A stretch of DNA of 64,000 bases from Candidatus Magasanikbacteria bacterium RIFCSPLOWO2_12_FULL_43_12 (GTDB taxonomy: Bacteria > Patescibacteriota > Patescibacteriia > Magasanikbacterales > UBA922), in the NCBI GenBank assembly GCA_001783065.1, contig MFQN01000003.1, forward strand, positions 15,314-79,313. The letters are read 5' to 3'. Position 1 is the first letter of the stretch; each line of letters starts with the position of its first letter. Shown here in pieces: positions 57,765-64,000 of this stretch. The position numbers were made by a program, and so were the translations under genes. Below the pieces are notes generated by a model, which saw only the letters and a list, made by a program, of their open reading frames with translations, was not told where the DNA came from and did not search any database.

Positions 57765-58076
57765 TTAAACAATTTTTATCCCACTCTTTCTTGCCTCGCA
57801 AGCCATCTGAGTGCCGCGGGTTTTAAAATCATTTTCATCAATCAGAGTCGGTTCGATTCTGGAATCGGCTCTTGCGGCGAGTTTCCATAGCAACATTTTT
57901 GCGTTTAAATAATCCTTTGTTTTCTTTGAAATAATTGCCACATCAATATCGCTGTTTTTGTCCGCCTTGCCAGACGCATAAGAGCCAAACAAATAAATAT
58001 TTGAAAACAAAAAACCACTATCTCTTAAAACTTGAGCATAATTCTTAATAATTTTTTTTACTTCATTAACAGACAT
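57765..58076 (-). CDS. Minimal nucleotidyltransferase (MNT)
   Basis: IYLFGSYA...SDIDVAI. Confidence 0.9.
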   Translation of the reverse strand: MSVNEVKKIIKNYAQVLRDSGFLFSNIYLFGSYASGKADKNSDIDVAIISKKTKDYLNAKMLLWKLAARADSRIEPTLIDENDFKTRGTQMACEARKSGIKIV

Positions 58077-58459
58077 AATCTTTTGTGCATTTTTTTAATT
58101 TTTGGTAAAAATTTATCCGCGTATGTTTTGTTGCACAGCTTATAAAAATCGAATTTTTCTTCTGGGTACCGGCCGGCCATATTAAATTCATTGACTATGG
58201 ATAAAAAATCTAATTCGTCCGGACTAAGCGTAATTCTAGCCAGCTCGGCAAGCCGGCGCAAGTTATGAATTCTCGGAGCGTAATCCTTAGTTTTTTCAAT
58301 AACTAACGCTTTGAGCGCTTTTTCCAAGACAAGATACCCAAAAAACAGACACGCCGAATATCGTTTGCTTTTACACAAACTTAACATTGTCTTGTAATCA
58401 TATGCCATTCCGTTTTTCCAGAAGACGATGGATTTCCTAACTGAAGATTGATTAATCAT
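58058..58459 (-). CDS. HEPN domain protein
   Basis: EKALKAL, RIHNL, GRYP. Confidence 0.9.
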   Translation of the reverse strand: MINQSSVRKSIVFWKNGMAYDYKTMLSLCKSKRYSACLFFGYLVLEKALKALVIEKTKDYAPRIHNLRRLAELARITLSPDELDFLSIVNEFNMAGRYPEEKFDFYKLCNKTYADKFLPKIKKMHKRLCLLMK

Positions 58460-58519
58460 AGTCGCAATATATTAAATATACCCTGATTCCCTCTAAAAGT
58501 CAAATCAATGTATCAATCA

Positions 58520-58695
58520 ATGTTTTATCTTTGAATTTCTCAACTTTCACTGCCGAACCATTGTCAACGTCGCAAGTATAATTAAATATGCGAACGACCG
58601 GAGTGTCTTTGCCCGTCCGCCATCCGGCTTGAGCCGTCAGGCGATTGCCGTGCGGACAGGTTTTGTTGGGCTGGTTGCCGAATTTGGGACCGACG
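58520..58695 (-). pseudogene. VGPKFGNQ fragment copy 3 (longest), interrupted by a hairpin insertion
   Basis: VGPKFGNQPNKTC[insert]KDTPVVRIFNYTCDVDNGSAVKV matches the gene at 61050-61175. Confidence 0.85.
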
Positions 58696-58796
58696 GCGAA
58701 CAGAATGCAGGATACAGATAACAGGATACATTTTGGAGAAATAAAAAACAAAAAACTACTTATTGATAGTAGTTTTTTGTCTTAAAGAATTTTGTC

Positions 58797-59138
58797 CTAT
58801 CCGATCTCTTCCAGCACTTTCGTAATCTGTTTTTTTAATTGCGGAATATCTTTTCGCACCACTTCCCAGACTAAATGCAAATCCACGATAAAATATTCAT
58901 AAATCAATTTATTCCTCATGCCGGAGATTTCCTGCCAAGAAACTTTAGGAAAAGCGCGGCGCACATCATCAGGAATTTGACTTACCGCTTCGCCGATTAC
59001 CTCCAATCTGCGAATAAAAGCGTCCTGCAGAAGCTCTGACTCCAAAAAATCTTTTTTTGTTTTGCCGGCCAAATAGTCTTCAACATTGGCAATGGATTCC
59101 AAAATGTGCAATAAAAAAATTTTAGGATCTTTCTTCAT
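58797..59138 (-). CDS. HepT/DUF86 family HEPN toxin
   Basis: LEVIGEA, WQEISGMRNKLIYEY; Tyr occupies the usual His of Rx4HxY. Confidence 0.88.
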   Translation of the reverse strand: MKKDPKIFLLHILESIANVEDYLAGKTKKDFLESELLQDAFIRRLEVIGEAVSQIPDDVRRAFPKVSWQEISGMRNKLIYEYFIVDLHLVWEVVRKDIPQLKKQITKVLEEIG

Positions 59139-59416
59139 AAAATACGAACCTGATCTTTTTCAACATAAGATTTTAAAAGCGGATGAACGGAACGGAATGT
59201 CACCACATCAACATCAATGCCGAGCTTGCTTCTTAAATCTTCCTCCAGTCCGACCAAACCTAACAAAGACATACCTTTGGGCGGTTTTATTAATAAATCC
59301 AAATCGCTCCCATGCTTCTGTTCATTGCGAGCGTAAGAACCAAAAATCGCCGCTTTTTGTATCTTGTGCTGTTTTAACACAGGTTTAATCTTTCTTGTGA
59401 TTGCGGTTAGTGTCAT
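59135..59416 (-). CDS. MNT antitoxin
   Basis: IFGSYARNE...SDLDLL, VDVVT. Confidence 0.9.
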   Translation of the reverse strand: MTLTAITRKIKPVLKQHKIQKAAIFGSYARNEQKHGSDLDLLIKPPKGMSLLGLVGLEEDLRSKLGIDVDVVTFRSVHPLLKSYVEKDQVRIL

Positions 59417-59521
59417 ATAAATAGACTATACCAACAAACAACCGTTGTGTCAAAAAATCCCTCCTCATATAGTTGAATAAATTTTTTTATTTCCGAGACG
59501 GCTAACTCGCTAAAACGGATT

Positions 59522-59689
59522 TCAAACATAAGATGGTTTTTTTGACGCGGTGTATTGTTTTTTCCACGCAATCAAAAATTTTTTCTGGAGCTGCTCAGTG
59601 GATTCATCAATATATTTATCAAGAACATCTTTTGCCTCCGCGATTGAATACCCGTTTTTTATTGATTTTTTTTGTTTCCTTGTAGCCAT
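59522..59689 (-). CDS. Small antitoxin-like protein followed by a truncated RelE/ParE-like toxin start
   Basis: 55 aa from MATRKQ; overlapping ATG gives MFEIRFSELAVSEIKKF..., cut off by the next cassette's promoter. Confidence 0.45.
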   Translation of the reverse strand: MATRKQKKSIKNGYSIAEAKDVLDKYIDESTEQLQKKFLIAWKKQYTASKKPSYV

Positions 59690-60159
59690 ATAATTTGTGA
59701 TTAATTCTAATAATATTGTACATAATTGAAAACGAAAAGTCAAACCAACCAAACATCTCGCATATGTTATATTATCCGTGTCCTGTATTCTGTCGCGAAC
59801 TTATCCACACCCCACCCTTGACAAAACCAGTCAAGTTAGCATAAATCACAAAACCCGCTTGACAATCATCATTTTTTATGGTCTAATTAAATTGGATAAG
59901 TGTGTTTGTTCTTTAAATCGTTTCCCTCGTTCGCGGCTAAATGCCTTGAGCTGGGGAACAAATATTGGTTGGCTTAAAACAATCCGCATGTCTGCGGTGA
60001 GGAGTGTAGTTTTTCTTTCGTCCCTCCCCCTCGTAGGGGGAGGCAGGAGGGGGTCTCAACGAGTGTTATCACACTAAAAGAAAAAACTCTACTCCCCGCC
60101 GCAGACTAAGTTAGTCCGCACGCGGGTCGCGTCCCATTTCGGGACAAAGGAGGTGCGCC

Positions 60160-60570
60160 ATGGTGCGTTTCAACTGGCTGCTCGCCGCTCTTGCGTGCGC
60201 CATTCTCGGCGCAACTCTCCTCGCGTCCTGCGATTCCGAGGGCGTTATCGCGCCCGACCCCACCTGTCAGGACCCGGCGTCCTGTCCTTACTCGCTCAAC
60301 TCGAGCAAGGATATCGTGTCCTCCACGGACACGGAACAGGAGGGCTCCCAGCCCGACATCGAGCAACCCGCTCCCCCGCCCGCCCCGGACTACACAGGGG
60401 AACCTTGTCCCAACATTGGGTGTGTACTCACCAAGGCACCCCCAGACGAACCTAACGAATGGGACTGTGGCGAACCGCCTGACTTCCCGCCTGACTCCAT
60501 GATCATCACAGGCATTCCCACCGCCTGGGTGCCGGCCAAATGCGGCATCCCCGAGCCAACCAACGAGTAG
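60160..60570 (+). CDS. GC-rich Pro/Cys-rich lipoprotein
   Basis: AAGGAGGT Shine-Dalgarno; hydrophobic signal with LLASC lipobox; hairpin terminator at ~60633-60665. Confidence 0.7.
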   Translation: MVRFNWLLAALACAILGATLLASCDSEGVIAPDPTCQDPASCPYSLNSSKDIVSSTDTEQEGSQPDIEQPAPPPAPDYTGEPCPNIGCVLTKAPPDEPNEWDCGEPPDFPPDSMIITGIPTAWVPAKCGIPEPTNE

Positions 60571-60693
60571 CCTGCGCTCCATCTTCCAGCAGGCATCTCA
60601 AAAGAATTTTGTAAAAACAAAATTCTTTAAGACAAAAAACTACCATTTATTGAGGTAGTTTTTTGTTTTTTATCCCCCATTTCCATTTATCTC

Positions 60694-63600
60694 TCAATCT
60701 CCTGGTGCCACCACAATAATATTATCAAAATTTACCCATTGATAAATTCCTACTTGTTTATTTTCCAAAGCACACTGATCATTTGTTTCTGATAAATCTG
60801 TTGTATTCCACGGATACTCATTATAACACCCAGTGGACTTTTTGCTTACAGACGGTAACTGCAAATCCTTATACGTCTTATCACACTCTCCCGTACACCA
60901 CCCCCAATTATCCAACACCTGAACACGAGGCTGAAAGACGCAGACCAAATCATCATTTTCGTAGCCTTTGTCAATTAAGAAGTTGTACCATTTCTTACCT
61001 AAACTTTCGTCTATGGATATGCCGGCAAGGTTTATGGAGTTATTAGTGACTGTTTTGAAATCTTTAACTGCCACTGCCTGGCCATTGTCAACATCGCAAG
61101 TATAATTAAATATGCGAATGACCGGAGAATCTTTGCAGGTTTTGTTGGGTTGGTTGCCGAATTTGGGGCCGACGTCTTCACATTCGTACCATTCAACAAA
61201 ATTGTCTAAATTAATTTTTGATGACGGACATTCATTCTCATTATTACATGTTTGACCTGGATAAATCTCCAAAGCCGTGCCATCTTTATAGTAATTCACA
61301 CACTCTTTTGCCTTTCCACTATTGTCACCGCAATACGGTTTGTAATTTGTGTAATAACCCTGCGAAATGCCGGAGATTGTGTTATCCGGCTTGCCGTAGC
61401 CTTTCTCTTGCCAATCAACCATAATCCGGCGCAAAGGCATTTGGTTGTGGTCGGCCCAGGCGAAGAATTGGACTTGCGCCATTTTTGTCTTAATGCCGAA
61501 TAGTTTGTCATCAACTTTGTTCTTGATGATGCCATTTACGGAAAATCCCTGTTCTTTGCTATCTAATTTACATTTTTGTCCAACACAATCAACCGCCGGA
61601 TAAATTTTGGGTGGGGTGCCATTGACTGAAGCATAATCGCCAAATAACATTTGATTTTCAGCGTTCTTGGTAAACGGCTCTTGAGCAATACCCCACCCAT
61701 AAGGATTATACGTTTTAGCGCTGGTGAGCATCCTGTATGCCCGTTCGTATATAGTAGCAAACAGCCAATTCAAGATATCATGTTTGGGTTCAATAATTTC
61801 AGGCGAATTATCTTCAGTCCAATCGTCCTGTACTTCTTCATCTCGATTATAACCGGAACTTTTACCTAACCAATCCTCACTTAAGGTACACCAACCATTA
61901 AACTTGACTTTGGCTGTTGACTCAAATGATTGCAAGCACTGCCATGGCGTGCCGGCATGCAAAATGTCGTTGGTTGGATTGGGATATAAATAACACCATG
62001 GATTGTCCGCATCGCAATTGTCAAGATTATTAAATCGTGCAGAGCCAAACGGAGCGGCATCGGCGCCATAATCAACATTATTCACTTTTTGTTTTGCCGC
62101 GAATTTTCCGTACGGCCAGACATTATCCGTGTAAGCTTTATTTTTACCATCCAAATCAACAACTTTTACCGCTTCCACGCACATCGGCTTAAGAGTGAAA
62201 ATAACCGCCATTGCATAACCGAACTCATCGCCATCATCAGCATCCAGCTCTTCGCAATTACGTGAACGGTAACCGATAAATTTTCCCGTCTCTTTATCAA
62301 ATAAAATTTCCACCGCGATAAAATGATTATCATCTTCTTTGCCTGTCTTACAATCAACATCTGATTTCCCACTCTTGCTTGCCAATGGATCAACTAAATA
62401 AGTGTTCGCGTTCACATATTCTTCTATGGCAGACGAGTCTCCGGTTGTCGGATCCTCGCCATACAACGGATCCATAGCCATCCATTGTAAGAGGTATCCT
62501 TCTACTGGGTTATTATTATTCAATTTATCGGTTTTGTGCTCCGTCTTCATCGTCCAATATTTGCAAAAACTGCAATTTCCCATTGCCGCGCTTTTTTTCA
62601 TATCAAGGTTAACTGATTCGCCCAAAACATTCGGGTAATCCTTGTCTAAATAAATCGTCAGCGGCATGCCCATGCCGGGCACCACCGGATCGTCCACACC
62701 ATCATCACCGTTTTCACTCAACCACAGCGGCACAAAAGAAACCGCGTAAATCATGTCTTTTGTTAAAAGTGTTTCTGCTTTGTTTGGCCCGTGACGTAAA
62801 ATTCCGCTATCATGGTCCTCCACAGCCACGGTCTCAATCTTAAACCCATCGTTATTTTGATACACCACCGCTTTAGATGGCGTAAAATAATCATTGTTAC
62901 CCGGCGGCCACTCCACATCAGGAAATAAAGCGGCGTATGGTTTTGTTTTTTCAGGCTCTTTCGGACTATAGCCGCCTGTCGCCATTGCGGTGGCAAAATA
63001 GATGGAATTTTTCTTTAACAATTGCCCTAAGGTGTTATCCTCATAACCGTAATTATCGTCCCATTTGCCGCCCGCCCTATCCCACATCCAATCATTTTCA
63101 GCTGAATCAGGAAGGTAACTCCAGCCGCTATTATCCGGAATAGTGCCATAGCCGTTATCCTTGGCCGGCGTTACTGCCACATCCACACGACTTATGTAAT
63201 GGTATGTCCCTACGGAATTAAATCCATCGGTAGTAAAACCATTAAGACTGCCGGATAATAATCCTATCATCTGCCAGGCACTTTGTTGAATTTTTTCAAA
63301 ACCAAAAGATTCTGGTGATAAATTATAAACACCGCCTCCGCTGAAATTTCCATTATCGCACAGATTGTAACCCAACTTGTCATTACTTGACCATTTCTTC
63401 GTTAAATCGCAATCAAACTCCAAATCCGGACTCAATCCTCCCACCCCCAGCATCTCGGTGCAATACGCCCGTCCCGGACTGCCCTTGCCGGTCGGCGGAA
63501 CATAACCGATTGATGGATCGCTGTAATAAATATCAAACAAACCCGGAACATAATCCAGAGGCAGCCAAGTCAGACAGGCGAAAGCGTCCGGCGCGTCGTC

Positions 63601-64000
63601 AATCCGGCCGTTGATGTGACGGCTTAAGTCGCGCTCTAAACAGTAGCCGTTCCAGCCGATGCGCGTGTTGCGTTTTATCTGGCGAATGCAAGCGCCGCTA
63701 TTCACTTCATCATCTTTATCAGCGCAATCTTTATTTGAACTGCACGACTTGCCGTCATTCGGGCCGTCTTGGCAAATGCCGCCTTTTTGCAAATCCTGAT
63801 GCAATACGCCGCCAAGCTCGTAATATTTCGTTTCTTCCGCGGAATTATTACTGCCATATTCAACTTTAATATAATTGCAGTCGCAATTTTCTCCCTCGGC
63901 GCAAAAACTGGCATTGGTTAAAAATGACTGTGTGAATTGCGACACATCGTCTAATTTTCCTTTGAACGGACTGGCCTGTTCCGGATAACCGCGGCATTCT
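60694..64000 (-). CDS. Giant Cys-rich extracellular protein of the T4SS-like locus (partial, continues off right edge)
   Basis: Frame is open to the window end (ECRGYPEQASPF...); GWNGYCLERD, FFAWADHNQMPL, PRVQVLDNWGWC. Confidence 0.85.
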   Translation of the reverse strand, partial: ECRGYPEQASPFKGKLDDVSQFTQSFLTNASFCAEGENCDCNYIKVEYGSNNSAEETKYYELGGVLHQDLQKGGICQDGPNDGKSCSSNKDCADKDDEVNSGACIRQIKRNTRIGWNGYCLERDLSRHINGRIDDAPDAFACLTWLPLDYVPGLFDIYYSDPSIGYVPPTGKGSPGRAYCTEMLGVGGLSPDLEFDCDLTKKWSSNDKLGYNLCDNGNFSGGGVYNLSPESFGFEKIQQSAWQMIGLLSGSLNGFTTDGFNSVGTYHYISRVDVAVTPAKDNGYGTIPDNSGWSYLPDSAENDWMWDRAGGKWDDNYGYEDNTLGQLLKKNSIYFATAMATGGYSPKEPEKTKPYAALFPDVEWPPGNNDYFTPSKAVVYQNNDGFKIETVAVEDHDSGILRHGPNKAETLLTKDMIYAVSFVPLWLSENGDDGVDDPVVPGMGMPLTIYLDKDYPNVLGESVNLDMKKSAAMGNCSFCKYWTMKTEHKTDKLNNNNPVEGYLLQWMAMDPLYGEDPTTGDSSAIEEYVNANTYLVDPLASKSGKSDVDCKTGKEDDNHFIAVEILFDKETGKFIGYRSRNCEELDADDGDEFGYAMAVIFTLKPMCVEAVKVVDLDGKNKAYTDNVWPYGKFAAKQKVNNVDYGADAAPFGSARFNNLDNCDADNPWCYLYPNPTNDILHAGTPWQCLQSFESTAKVKFNGWCTLSEDWLGKSSGYNRDEEVQDDWTEDNSPEIIEPKHDILNWLFATIYERAYRMLTSAKTYNPYGWGIAQEPFTKNAENQMLFGDYASVNGTPPKIYPAVDCVGQKCKLDSKEQGFSVNGIIKNKVDDKLFGIKTKMAQVQFFAWADHNQMPLRRIMVDWQEKGYGKPDNTISGISQGYYTNYKPYCGDNSGKAKECVNYYKDGTALEIYPGQTCNNENECPSSKINLDNFVEWYECEDVGPKFGNQPNKTCKDSPVIRIFNYTCDVDNGQAVAVKDFKTVTNNSINLAGISIDESLGKKWYNFLIDKGYENDDLVCVFQPRVQVLDNWGWCTGECDKTYKDLQLPSVSKKSTGCYNEYPWNTTDLSETNDQCALENKQVGIYQWVNFDNIIVVAPGD

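Noticed and set aside
58500-58751. 83-aa ORF as a real gene
   Set aside because: Chimera of a heptamer array, a gene fragment and a hairpin insertion; treated as a pseudogene fragment
40986-60600. Classical integron with attC sites
   Set aside because: No IntI, and no GTTRRRY/RYYYAAC-bounded attC hairpins recognised at the cassette ends
56846-61175. Repeated gene fragments as a DGR template/variable repeat
   Set aside because: No reverse transcriptase, and the differences are not adenine-specific

Overview
This window reads as a chromosomal segment of a low-GC, CPR/Patescibacteria-like bacterium; the lineage is inferred from gene content only. The left half holds housekeeping and competence genes (recG, LCP protein, der, pth, dprA, folC, topA, VanW-like protein, Hsp20, comF) and five standard tRNAs: Ile-GAT, Val-GAC, Arg-GCG, Val-CAC and Ser-GCT. 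The right half is a minus-strand conjugation/T4SS-like locus (VirB4-like ATPase, PrgI, giant VirB6-like protein, giant Cys-rich protein). It is split by a ~20-kb island containing a 2390-aa Rhs toxin with an RNase tip and barstar-like immunity gene, orphan Rhs tips, and HicAB and HEPN/MNT toxin-antitoxin pairs. The best novelty candidate is at 16.9-17.1 kb: an 8/4 allo-tRNA-like gene (Ser-type body, Ile GAU anticodon) preceded by a separately promoted and terminated small RNA that is a permuted antisense copy of it, with only G-U-compatible substitutions. This may be an RNA-only toxin-antitoxin module. Two further patterns stand out. Accessory cassettes are each preceded by a short duplicated fragment of a neighbouring gene. 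Hairpin and 7/8-mer repeat insertions are pervasive and lie in frame inside essential proteins and inside tRNA remnants. All family calls come from motif recognition, not database searches.
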